64,000 nt of DNA from an uncultured Phycisphaerales bacterium (GTDB lineage Bacteria > Planctomycetota > Phycisphaerae > Sedimentisphaerales > Anaerobacaceae), in assembly GCA_963718665.1 (NCBI GenBank), contig OY970359.1, forward strand, positions 1,056,001 through 1,120,000. The letters run 5' to 3'. The notes under the pieces are model-generated. The model had not been told where the DNA came from. It saw only the letters and a program-made list of their open reading frames with translations, and did not search any database. Positions 1-9,204 of this stretch are shown here, piece by piece. Each line of letters begins with the position of its first letter. The first letter of the stretch is position 1. The position numbers were made by a program, and so were the translations under genes.

Positions 1-549
1 GTCAAGCCCGGAATGACACTGGCGACGCTGTTTTATGTAATACCTGATAGCTTTTTTGCCCGAGTCGAACGCTAACCTGTTCACAGGAATCTGCCCCGGC
101 TCAAAAAACTCAATGCCGGCGATTTCCTTCTTGTTTGGCTTTATCTTCTCCGGATTATCAATCCTGCACGTAAAGAACAAATCCGTAGTCGTATAAGTTA
201 CGCCTTTATATATGTAAATATTCGGCGCCGATATTAGATATCGCGGGTTTTTGATTGTTATCCCAAGCTCTTCGCGAACTTCCCGTGTAAGCGTTTCTTC
301 AATCGATTCCCCATAATCCGCAAACCCTCCCGGTAAATCAAACATCCCCGCCTTCGGCTCATTGGCGCGAGTTATCACAAGCACCTTTGAACCGTACTCG
401 ATGATTGCCCCCGCCGCTGATGCCACGTTGTGATAATACTCAAACCCGCATTTGCCGCACGTTATGTGCTTGCTCTTCGAATGCGCCTTCGGCCCTTTGG
501 CCCCGCAGCCCGGACAATACCTGAATATCTTCGACAAATCTATCTTCAT
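1..549 (-). CDS. NUDIX hydrolase with N-terminal zinc ribbon (3' end runs off the window)
   Basis: Manual translation from ATG 549: MKIDLSKIFRYCPGCG...TCGKCGFEYYHN...LPGGFADYGESIEETLTREVREELG (Nudix box). The frame is open to position 1, so it is missing from the ORF track. Confidence 0.9.
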   Translation of the reverse strand, partial: MKIDLSKIFRYCPGCGAKGPKAHSKSKHITCGKCGFEYYHNVASAAGAIIEYGSKVLVITRANEPKAGMFDLPGGFADYGESIEETLTREVREELGITIKNPRYLISAPNIYIYKGVTYTTTDLFFTCRIDNPEKIKPNKKEIAGIEFFEPGQIPVNRLAFDSGKKAIRYYIKQRRQCHSGLD

Positions 550-583
550 TAATCCGCAATCTAAAATCCGAAATCCGCAATCC
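550..583. repeat. Short ~7-mer tandem repeat (AATCCGC/AATCTAA/AATCCGA)
   Basis: aatccgc aatctaa aatccga aatccgc aatcc, intergenic. Confidence 0.7.
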
Positions 584-916
584 CTATAGTCCTGACTGCT
601 GAATCTGCTTCAAAAGATTCGCGTAAAGTCCGACAGACCCCACGCACAGCACAAGCGTAAACACGATAATAATAATCGTCCAGAACACCTTGCTCACCAT
701 GCTGTAATTAGGATTGAACCATATCAATGGCAAAGCAAACGGCCCGATGCACAGCACCGAGATAATCACCGCCGGCGTCTTGTGATACCACTTTGTGTCC
801 CCGTATTTTTTCAATCCCTTCAATTCCGCGTCAATCAGAAACTCGCCGCAGTGCTTGCACTTCACCGCTTCATCCTGAATTTCTTCCGCGCAAAACGGGC
901 ATTTCTTCATATGCAT
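584..916 (-). CDS. Zinc-ribbon domain membrane protein
   Basis: CPFCAEEI...KCKHCGE ribbon followed by two hydrophobic helices. Confidence 0.8.
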   Translation of the reverse strand: MHMKKCPFCAEEIQDEAVKCKHCGEFLIDAELKGLKKYGDTKWYHKTPAVIISVLCIGPFALPLIWFNPNYSMVSKVFWTIIIIVFTLVLCVGSVGLYANLLKQIQQSGL

Positions 917-1187
917 ATCTCACTATCAGGCGTTAAATAATCGTTGTTATATGTTCTATAATCTCATTTATCGGCGGTTTTTCGGGCTTTCGGTTAATTA
1001 AATCGAACGTCCCAAAGAACACCACCGTTTGGCCCGAATATACCCTTTCGTGGTTAAGTTGCATCCCAAAAACGCCGAAAACAGTAATGTGCCGTCTCAA
1101 CACAACAGAACAGATGACACGTGCCGCAGCCGCCCGGCACAGAAGAGGGACTTGAAACAAAATGATTACCTGGTGAGCAGGGTATTT

Positions 1188-1628
1188 ATGGCCGACATTT
1201 CCAGGAGAAAGTTCATTATAATCACCTTCGCGGCAGGTATGTTTATAGGCCTGCTCTTCGCTTCCCTGTCATTTATCGACTCACAGCGCAAAGACAGCAA
1301 AGACAACCTTATGTATTTCACCTCCACACAGGCAAAGCTAATTTCCGCAAACGTCGAATGCGCATTGTCTTTCAGTGACGCCAAAGACGCAAACGCCGTT
1401 CTCGATACCCTCAAAACCCAGAATTGTATCGCCTTCGCGGGCATCTACGATTGCAACGGCAAACTCTTCTCCTCCTACCATCGCGATGATGTCAAAAACA
1501 AGGAGTTCAAACTGGTGCCCCCTTCAAAGGCAAAATTCACCTCTCGCGACGGCTACATAGTGGTCTCCGAACCCGTCATCCACCAGCAACAGTTCCTCGG
1601 AACCGTCTGCCTCTGGACACAGCCATAA
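1188..1628 (+). CDS. Stand-alone CHASE-like periplasmic sensor domain protein
   Basis: N-terminal TM, then A..I..N...AL.F.D...A..VL..L...I..A.IYD..G.LF..Y pattern of histidine-kinase input domains. It stops without a second TM or kinase. Likely start is ATG 1188. Confidence 0.65.
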   Translation: MADISRRKFIIITFAAGMFIGLLFASLSFIDSQRKDSKDNLMYFTSTQAKLISANVECALSFSDAKDANAVLDTLKTQNCIAFAGIYDCNGKLFSSYHRDDVKNKEFKLVPPSKAKFTSRDGYIVVSEPVIHQQQFLGTVCLWTQP

Positions 1629-1699
1629 ACCATCTAAAAGTCCGTGTCACCTGTCCTGAGCCAAGTCGAAGGAGTCCGTGTCTAACCTGCTATGCTGGT

Positions 1700-2494
1700 T
1701 TATTTCGCCGGCGTCTGGTTAGCATCTCGGCCGGTAACAGAGGCCGAAAACGACCTGTTCGTCAGCCCTTGCCCATCCTGTATTATCTCAAAGCCGGCCT
1801 CCATACTGTCTAAGTACCACGAGCTTTCCAGATAGCCCCGCGATACCGCATCATTGATAAAATCCTTGAGGTCGAAACTTGCCACAACGCTGGGCTTTGC
1901 CCTTTCGTAAGCGATGTATCTCCATCTGCGTTGTTGGGAATCAAAATAGACATTCCACTGGGTGCCGGCTACAGTTATCGTCGCTTTCTTTTCCCCGCCT
2001 GCCGGCATTATTATGCTTCCCTTTTTGTTAAGCCAGACCATCAGCTCCGCGCCGCCTTCAGGAATAGTGCCTCCCTTTGTGCTGAACCACGCCTCAAAAG
2101 CGGTATTCCAGACGCCCTTGGCGTGGTTTACGTCAACGCTCCACGTAACTGGAGCCGTCGCGATATTGCTTATCTGTATCGGCAAGCCGCTGTTTTTGGT
2201 ATTCTCACCCCCGAAGTGACGCCCGCGCACAATGGATGGATACGCGGCCACCATATTCGAATCGTGCGTGGTATGGATAACGCTGAAGAACGTGGAATTC
2301 GTATCTACGCTCAAACACTGCTCAGACGTACCTCTCCAGACATTGTTTGTAATTCGATACTCGCCGCCTATCACGTCGATGATTGTTTTATTGGCGTCGT
2401 TTACGTCTCCGCAAAGCTTCTCCGCCCTCGCGTCGCAAAGTAATATACAAGTGCAAAAAAGCATAAACGCAAAAACCTTACTCAAGCTGCTCAT
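1700..2494 (-). CDS. Glycoside hydrolase family 12 (endoglucanase-like), secreted
   Basis: NNVW, AYPSI, ELMVWL and AGFEI motifs; signal peptide; GGAG RBS before ATG 2494. Confidence 0.9.
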   Translation of the reverse strand: MSSLSKVFAFMLFCTCILLCDARAEKLCGDVNDANKTIIDVIGGEYRITNNVWRGTSEQCLSVDTNSTFFSVIHTTHDSNMVAAYPSIVRGRHFGGENTKNSGLPIQISNIATAPVTWSVDVNHAKGVWNTAFEAWFSTKGGTIPEGGAELMVWLNKKGSIIMPAGGEKKATITVAGTQWNVYFDSQQRRWRYIAYERAKPSVVASFDLKDFINDAVSRGYLESSWYLDSMEAGFEIIQDGQGLTNRSFSASVTGRDANQTPAK

Positions 2495-3342
2495 CGTTCT
2501 AATCTCCAAAAACAACACTGCCTCGTTAATAAATACCGGAGAACTAACTATAAACAATATCTCTACAATTGTCAAGATAGTTAGCCCCCAGGCCCGCCTG
2601 GGGGTCTTTTTTGTCACATAAAAAACAGCGTCGATGGGGACATTTAAAAACGATGCAAACCCATTATTATTAAGCAGTTACAAATCTGTGTCATCTGTGA
2701 AATCTGTGGCTAAACCCCCGTTTTTTCACGCATTTTTGTGGCCATTTTTAACGTGTTTTTCAGATGCGATTTTTGCCGTAACCTCTTTCCTTATAACGGC
2801 TTAAATTCTGGACACAAACAGTCCTATAAAACAAATGTATCAAACAGTTGTATGATACAACTGTTATCCATTTTGCGCAGGTCGAAAACCCTTAGATGCG
2901 AAAATTCTAAAATTTTTTTACTCCTTGCACCATAAGGACTTACCGTTTTTAGGCATATCAGGAAATTCCTCGTTTTCGTCAAAAGGCGCAAGTTTGCGCC
3001 ATAGGATAGAGGAACTATGTTCCTCGGTTAGCCCGCAGGCCCGCCTGCGGGTGGTTTTGAACATTGACATTTTGATCATTGAGATTTGTTTCGGCCAGTT
3101 CCGGCAGAATTGCCGGGGGATAACGAAGTTAGCTCTGCGGGCAAGACGCGGGCCTTGCGCACAAATCGTATTTGGAGCAAAGGCCGCGTTGAGTACGCAC
3201 CTCTGGCCGAAACTTTCCGGCGTAAGCCGTCCCCAAGTGGAGTGGTTCTTCGTGCTCTTCCGCCGGAAGGCGTCCCTTACGGGAGTGGTGAAAAATCTGT
3301 GTTAATCCGTGTAATCTGTGGTTAAGAAAAGGAGGAGATAAA

Positions 3343-3930
3343 ATGTCAACCATCCAAATCAACGTTCCAAACTGCTTCTCTCGGCTGCCCCTCTGGATTG
3401 TTCTCACTTTTTACCGTCTTCGTTATGGCCATTCCGCCTGCTTTATCCACATCCAGAAATTCCGCTTCGCCATCGTTGACCCCGCCGATTACGACCTCCT
3501 TCGCAAATACAACTGGCGGCTGAACCGCTCCAACCGCACATACTATGCCTTCCGCACCGTCTCTCGCGGCCCGCTTCTCAAGCCCCGCGTAATCTGGATG
3601 CACCGTTGGCTTATGAATCCGCCCGACGACCTTCTCGTTGACCACCATAACCACAATGGCCTCGACAACCGCCGTTCCAATCTCCGCCTCGCCACCGATT
3701 CCACTAACCAGCAAAACGCCCGCAAAAGAAACAGCAAAACCACCTCACGTTTCAAAGGCGTTGACTTCGTCAAACCCACCGGCAAATGGCGTGCTCGAAT
3801 CTCCGTCGCTGGCAAACGACTCTTCCTCGGCTCATTTACTGACGAACTCGACGCCGCTATGGCCTATGACAACGCTGCTCGCAAGTTCTTCGGTGAATTC
3901 GCGTGCCTGAACTTCGATGGAAAATTTTAA
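3343..3930 (+). CDS. HNH endonuclease with C-terminal AP2 DNA-binding domain
   Basis: MHR...VDHHNHNGLDNRRSNLR (HNH); SRFKGV..KWRARI...LGSF..E.DAA.AYD.AA (AP2); AGGAGG RBS. Confidence 0.9.
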   Translation: MSTIQINVPNCFSRLPLWIVLTFYRLRYGHSACFIHIQKFRFAIVDPADYDLLRKYNWRLNRSNRTYYAFRTVSRGPLLKPRVIWMHRWLMNPPDDLLVDHHNHNGLDNRRSNLRLATDSTNQQNARKRNSKTTSRFKGVDFVKPTGKWRARISVAGKRLFLGSFTDELDAAMAYDNAARKFFGEFACLNFDGKF

Positions 3931-4004
3931 TATACGCTAACAATACCGGTATTTACGGTTTTATTATAAACCGACGCCCTTGATTCTCCGATTATATTTA
4001 ATAT

Positions 4005-4078
4005 TAATGCGTAGCTCAATTGGACAGAGCGTCCGATTGCTAATCGGAAGGTTGCGGGTTCGATTCCCGCCGCACAAG
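4005..4078 (+). tRNA. tRNA-like element or pseudo-tRNA, anticodon GCT, short variable loop, imperfect acceptor stem
   Basis: D arm GCTC-AATTGGACA-GAGC; anticodon arm TCCGA-TTGCTAA-TCGGA; variable loop AGGTT; T arm GCGGG-TTCGATT-CCCGC; acceptor TAATGCG/CGCACAA with 2 mismatches; no encoded CCA. Confidence 0.75.
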
Positions 4079-4178
4079 CGACTTTAAAACTAAGAAGGTC
4101 TACTGTGTGGCTGGAATTGAGAGTGTGCTTTGTTTGATATTTTTCTCGGTTTTGTTGTGGATTCAATGCTGCCGAAAT

Positions 4179-4607
4179 TTATGAGTTGGTCCTTTGCTTG
4201 TAGGAATTGATACCATCGATAATAGCTTTTCGTCCATCTGCGTTTCTTGTTGCTCTCCCAAAAGCTTGCATAGCAAACTTTGCTTTCAGGTACATTAAAC
4301 TTGCATGATTTCCTTCAAATCTATCTAATTCCAAGTCGTAATCGGCGGCATTTCGCTCAATTCGAAGATCGCGTAAATCACTCGCAACATCCTCGACAGC
4401 TTCGATGCCACAATTGTGCAAGTATTTATGAACCGTATCATGGTCTTTGGCCTCACCCGAAAAATTGCGAGGGAAATGGGGTTTTACGAACTGTGCAGTT
4501 ATGTTTAGAAGTGCATAATAACTCCGGCTGACGGACGTTCGCCATGATGCTTCGTTTTTACCATCCTTTAAATTTGCCGCCAAGTCCAAAAATGCCTGGG
4601 GTTCCAT
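4179..4607 (-). CDS. HEPN domain protein (putative RNase toxin)
   Basis: RTSVSRSYYA and LRDLRIERNAADY (Rx4Y) motifs of HEPN proteins. Confidence 0.85.
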   Translation of the reverse strand: MEPQAFLDLAANLKDGKNEASWRTSVSRSYYALLNITAQFVKPHFPRNFSGEAKDHDTVHKYLHNCGIEAVEDVASDLRDLRIERNAADYDLELDRFEGNHASLMYLKAKFAMQAFGRATRNADGRKAIIDGINSYKQRTNS

Positions 4608-4614
4608 CCTGATT

Positions 4615-5271
4615 TTATTTCCAATAGTAAGTTACCGTAATGTTCTCACGAGTGTGTTGTCTTATTTTACTTCTAATATGCTTCTTGAACTTACTTTCCT
4701 CTTCCAATATTTGCTCTGGATTGCCCGACACGGTTAGAATAAACCGTATGGTTTCCCTGTCTGAGATTTCAGGGTCTTTTTCTAATAGCAGTTCTATCTT
4801 CTTAAGAGATGTATAAGTTGTTTTTGCGAGTTCGATGGCCGATTTCAACTCATCCCACCATCCATTAAGTTTACTTATTTTGATAACATCAGGAGAAACT
4901 CTAACAATAATTCTTTCTTGTATTTTGGGTATAGTTGTCCACACCACCCCAGAAACTTCGCGTATAAATATCCTATAATTATAGTTTCTGTTATATGGTG
5001 CGCAGGGTATTTGACCCAAATTAAGGTATTCTTCTTCCGAATATATTATAGGTTGCGGTGCAAAGTACAATTCATATTCAAAAGAATCGACATCCTTGAT
5101 TTGAGGGAGCCATGAAGCACACCATTCCCTTAGAACTCGCTGTTGCGAAATCCTTTTGGGGGTACTCTCTAAATCTCCCAGTGTATCTCCGCTTGTTATA
5201 TCGGAGATATCTAAAGACGGCTCAAATCTAAACGCATTTGGCCAGGTAGTATTTATTATTTCTGCTGCCAT
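4615..5271 (-). CDS. Hypothetical protein (middle gene of the TIGR04255-X-HEPN operon)
   Basis: 218-aa ORF overlapping the upstream stop by 16 nt and ending 7 nt before the HEPN start. Confidence 0.7.
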   Translation of the reverse strand: MAAEIINTTWPNAFRFEPSLDISDITSGDTLGDLESTPKRISQQRVLREWCASWLPQIKDVDSFEYELYFAPQPIIYSEEEYLNLGQIPCAPYNRNYNYRIFIREVSGVVWTTIPKIQERIIVRVSPDVIKISKLNGWWDELKSAIELAKTTYTSLKKIELLLEKDPEISDRETIRFILTVSGNPEQILEEESKFKKHIRSKIRQHTRENITVTYYWK

Positions 5272-6062
5272 AATTCTTTCTGAATACTATCAGTAGTTAA
5301 ATCCGCAAACCCTCTAACGATCCATTCATGGGCTAAATCAAACCATTCATCCATCGGTCCCTTTGAAAAACCTCTGACTGTTAATTCAAACACCATTACT
5401 TTTTTTGCTTCTTTGGTCAAAGCTGTTTTCAATGAGACATAAAATCTTCCCATTTCATTGTCTAATCTATAGATTCTACGCCAATCGACAGATTCCGGTT
5501 CCGGCAGAAATCGTCCGTCTATTTTGCATTGGAAATCCTTAAAAATATTTCCAATATCTGCTAAACATGTCCATTCTTGGCCCTGCGATAATTGGTTCAC
5601 ATACGTTAGTTCATATTGATCTGGTGACGGAATTCCCAAACTCGATTCGCCTATAAATGATTTGAATAGCTCCCAAGATTTCTTAAATTCGGGATATAAG
5701 TTTTGGTATCGAGGATAAGTATCCTTTTCTTTTAATTTTCTCCAATTCCGGTGGAATCTATCGTCCTGTACTTGAATGAGTTGGTCTTCTTTTGAATTTA
5801 TGAAAAATAGCCGCGGAAGGGGTGGCCGTTCAAAGGCTTCTATTTGGGGAGAAATTCCTTTTGTGCCTTCTGGCGCCTCTATAATATGAGGTATTGGATG
5901 CATTATTTTATATTGGGAGAAATTTTTCCTTCCTAACTTTTCCCACAGGAAACCAATATGGGGTGTCTCAAACTTGTCAATTTTCTGAAATTGAATCCCA
6001 AAAACCACTTCGTTTACAGGGGGATTATTGTATTCTGGTAGCGCAGAAACTTTATCTGCCAT
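5256..6062 (-). CDS. TIGR04255 family protein
   Basis: LPEYNNPPVNEVVFGIQF N-terminus, LIQVQDDRF..NW, YP.Y, ELTYVN motifs; GAAGGAAGG RBS before ATG 6062. Confidence 0.85.
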   Translation of the reverse strand: MADKVSALPEYNNPPVNEVVFGIQFQKIDKFETPHIGFLWEKLGRKNFSQYKIMHPIPHIIEAPEGTKGISPQIEAFERPPLPRLFFINSKEDQLIQVQDDRFHRNWRKLKEKDTYPRYQNLYPEFKKSWELFKSFIGESSLGIPSPDQYELTYVNQLSQGQEWTCLADIGNIFKDFQCKIDGRFLPEPESVDWRRIYRLDNEMGRFYVSLKTALTKEAKKVMVFELTVRGFSKGPMDEWFDLAHEWIVRGFADLTTDSIQKELWQQK

Positions 6063-6124
6063 TAGATACCTTCCTTCTCTTGGGATTACCAATCTTATTC
6101 GAACCCATGATATTTGCAACCTTC

Positions 6125-6153
6125 ATAATACTACTATCGTTGTATTATGTCAA
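6125..6153 (-). promoter_or_regulatory. Sigma70-type promoter for the TIGR04255-X-HEPN operon
   Basis: TTGACA-17 nt-TATTAT on the minus strand, about 60 nt upstream of ATG 6062. Confidence 0.75.
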
Positions 6154-6251
6154 TACTTAACGAATTTACAAGATGTATTTTTTATGGGACCTTTGGTAGT
6201 TATTCAGTTATCCCGATAGCACCATTATCCCGGTTCTCTGTTATTTCAACT

Positions 6252-7294
6252 TGCTTTGTAGAAACCTTTAATTAAAAGTTCTTTATGAAAAGTAAATAGA
6301 GAAGCATCAGGTTGTAGGTCAGAACTCTCATGACGCACTCGGTACTGCGAGATTCATTCGTTCGGCTACGAAGGGCGTAGCCAAGACGACGTTTCATGCG
6401 AGACATAACACTCTCAACTTGCCATCGCTGACCAAACTTACGTTTCGGGAAGTTATTCTTCATTTGATTTCGGTAATGGCCTGTAAGCTCGCCTTTTTTA
6501 CCTCGTCGGTTGTTGATAGCGATAATCGTCGAGCGGATGCCGAGATACTGACGACAGAATTTATGGTTGGCTTCTGCGTCATATCCTGCATCACCCAAAA
6601 GCCGGTCTATAGGCAGATTAGTTACCGCCTGGGAAACTGCCGGCATAAGGTAGGAACAATCATTGCTGGGACCAGTGCTGACCAAGCCGGCAGCAATCAG
6701 ATGGCTGGCATTGTGGCAGACAACCGTAAGTTTTGTCCATCGGCGATATTGCTGGGTATGTTTGCCTTGACGCATTAGAAAATGTCGGCTGACAAACCGG
6801 CTTTCCAGCCCCGTCGAATCAATGGATGCCTCGGGGCGTTCCTCGATTAAGCCATCGCGGCTGGCAATACTGAAAATGGCGGCTAACAGCTTGTCCCAAG
6901 CCCTTTTTTTAGCAGACGTTGCTGTGCTTTTTGAAGGGTAGTGTAGTGAGGAATTTTTGACAACCCAATCGCAGCTCTCAAGTCCGTGAAGTCCGCCAGC
7001 AACTGTACAATCCCACGATAGTCGGTTTGAAAAAACTGTCGCAGAGTCAAAATGGCGAACAACTGTGCCTGTGTAAAATCGTGGCGTGAGCGATTGGCTG
7101 AATATGGCGAGAGTGCCGTTGTGGCTGTCTGAAGTGCCTGCTTTGCCAGCATAACAGGTGATTTGGTCATAACTCCGTGTTTGGCCATCGTGGAATCCTT
7201 TCCAACGCGGTTTATGGCTGAAACCTAAGTTATTGTTATTATTAACACTTATCGCCATGACTAAACCTTATGCTTCAATCTTTTCTACAGAGCA
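6252..7294 (-). mobile_element. IS5-family insertion sequence, apparently intact
   Basis: Terminal inverted repeats TGCTTTGTAGAAA / TTTCTACAGAGCA; 9-bp direct repeat ATTTCAACT at 6243-6251 and 7295-7303; DDE transposase inside. Confidence 0.9.
6272..7188 (-). CDS. IS5-family DDE transposase in two frames joined by a -1 frameshift
   Basis: orfA 7188-6883 (DYR...IPHYTTL); orfB with IDSTG, GDAGYD and RWQVESVMS; the frames overlap at CTA AAA AAA GGG (A7 run, 6904-6910). Confidence 0.85.
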
Positions 7295-7417
7295 ATTTCA
7301 ACTTTAATAACACTATTCTTTTTCTGGTTCTTACCTTCTATGTAAACAATAAAATATCGTTCACAATGCCGTCTGACAAGATAACAACACTAAAAGATGC
7401 TAGAGCTCCTACCTGTA

Positions 7418-7576
7418 TCAACTTACAAAATGAGCCGCTCTAATAATCAATATTGGTATCAAAATGGCTGCTAATCCCAGGATGATAGATACTAATACCA
7501 ATATAAGAAAACGTATAGGATTCTGTTTTATGGCTTTTAAAGGAGCTTTTAAATCATCTAAAATCTCTATTTGCAT
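7418..7576 (-). CDS. Small hypothetical membrane protein
   Basis: 52-aa ORF MQIEILDD... with one long hydrophobic helix; GGGAGAG upstream. Confidence 0.4.
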   Translation of the reverse strand: MQIEILDDLKAPLKAIKQNPIRFLILVLVSIILGLAAILIPILIIRAAHFVS

Positions 7577-7645
7577 AAAGATACTCTCCCGTAAATTAAA
7601 TAAATATTCGATATAGTTAGCTATTATCCAAAACGACAGCACTAG

Positions 7646-9108
7646 TCAAGGATATAGTTTTGAATTTGCCGCTTCCCCGGTCGCTCCCTCTTCCGTCGCT
7701 TCCGTAATCCTCACCTTCACAATTTGATTTTTCTTAAATCCGTAATCATTTTTTACTTTTTCATTTTTACTTTTTACTTTGACTATGAAGTATCTTTCAC
7801 AATGTCCGAACGCTTGTTTATCTTTTGAACCTTCGATTAGTACTTCGCAGGTTTGATTTATAAATTGTTCTCTGAATTTGAAGGCCAACTCATCGCTGAC
7901 TTTCCGCAGAATCTGTGCCCGTTTTTTAATCACGTCCGCAGGCAATCTGCCTTTCAGTTTCGCAGCAGGGGTCCCCATTCTCGAAGAGAATGGGAATACG
8001 TGTATCTTCGAAAACCCCGCCCACTTCGCCAATTCAACCGTCTGCTCAAAATCCTCATCTGTCTCGCCCGGAAACCCAACGATAATATCCGCCGTAATCG
8101 CTGGCCTGTCCAATCGCCGTTTTATCAGCTCAATTTTCCCCCGCAGTTCTTCTGCCGTATATTGCCGACACATTCTTTTCAACGTCGCACTCGCCCCCGA
8201 CTGCACCGACAAATGAATATGAGGCATAATATTCAAATGCGCACAGAAAACGTCTAACAATTCCTCGCTAATGTCCCCCGGCTCCAAACTACTCACCCGA
8301 ATCCTCGCCAACCCCTCCACCCTCGCCAGCTCTTCCAACAAATCCGCAATCGACGCGCAGCGTCGTCCCCGAGTGTTGCTTCTTTGGCCAGGAACAGGGG
8401 ACCCAAATTCTTCTTCCGTTCTCTGCCCTCCGTCTTCTGTCTTCTGCCTTCTAACTTCTCCCTTTCTCGTCGTGCTTCTTCCGTACGCTCCCAGATTGAC
8501 TCCCGTAACCACAATTTCCTTATGCCCCGCCGCCACAAGGGCTTTTGCCTCACTAATCGCCTCATCCATCGGCCTACTTTGAACATCAGGCCTTACTTTT
8601 GGTACAATACAATAGCTGCAAAGGCCGTCGCAGCCATCTTGGACCTTGAGAAACGCCCTCGTATGCCCCTTGAAACTGGACAATTTTGGCAATTTGGGAT
8701 ATTTAGCGAATTTAGCCATTCCATCCTTGATTTTTAGCCCATTTTTTGCTTTAATAAGGGGATTGTAGTCGATGATAATTTGGGCGATTCTTTGCACAAA
8801 TCATCCCGGTTGCTGATGATATGAATGTTATCGCCGTCGCAAGGGGGATTTTCCCGGCTTTTCATCGCCGGCAGACACCCGCAAACAATCCTTACGCCGG
8901 CAGGGCTGATTTTTAACGCTCTTTGTATATATTGCCTGCTCTTGGCTGACGCGGTTGCTGTTACGCAGCAGGTATTGATTACCGCTAAATCGGGTTTCTC
9001 ACGCGAGTCGGCTGCCGAAAGACCCAGCTCTTCGAGAAGCTGGGCTATCTGCTGCGATTCGTACTGATTTACCTTACAGCCAAGCGTATATATGGAAAAA
9101 GTTCTCAT
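7646..9108 (-). CDS. mtaB: tRNA methylthiotransferase MtaB (MiaB family radical SAM), split by a frameshift near 8797
   Basis: TLGCKVNQYES and INTCCVT in ORF 8734-9108; KVQDGCDGLCSYC, RVSSLEP and DIIVGFPGET in ORF 7646-8797. Confidence 0.85.
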
Positions 9109-9204
9109 AGTTCCTATAATAATATAATTCTTTGTGTTATACTATTGCGCTGGCTCTGAAAAACAGGTCCCGCCCGTTTCCGGCCGGGACAGGAGGCACA
9201 GTTT

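Noticed and set aside
2738..3407. ORFs 2738-2935, 2925-3305, 3086-3325 and 3129-3407
   Set aside because: They run through repeat and palindrome DNA, with no recognisable motif or RBS.
6272..7258. 328-aa ORF as the full transposase
   Set aside because: Its first ~115 aa look non-coding; the real N-terminus is in the overlapping frame 7188-6883.
4005..7640. Integrative element with att sites at the tRNA-like gene
   Set aside because: No integrase and no duplicated tRNA 3' end found by eye at the far side of the AT-rich islet.
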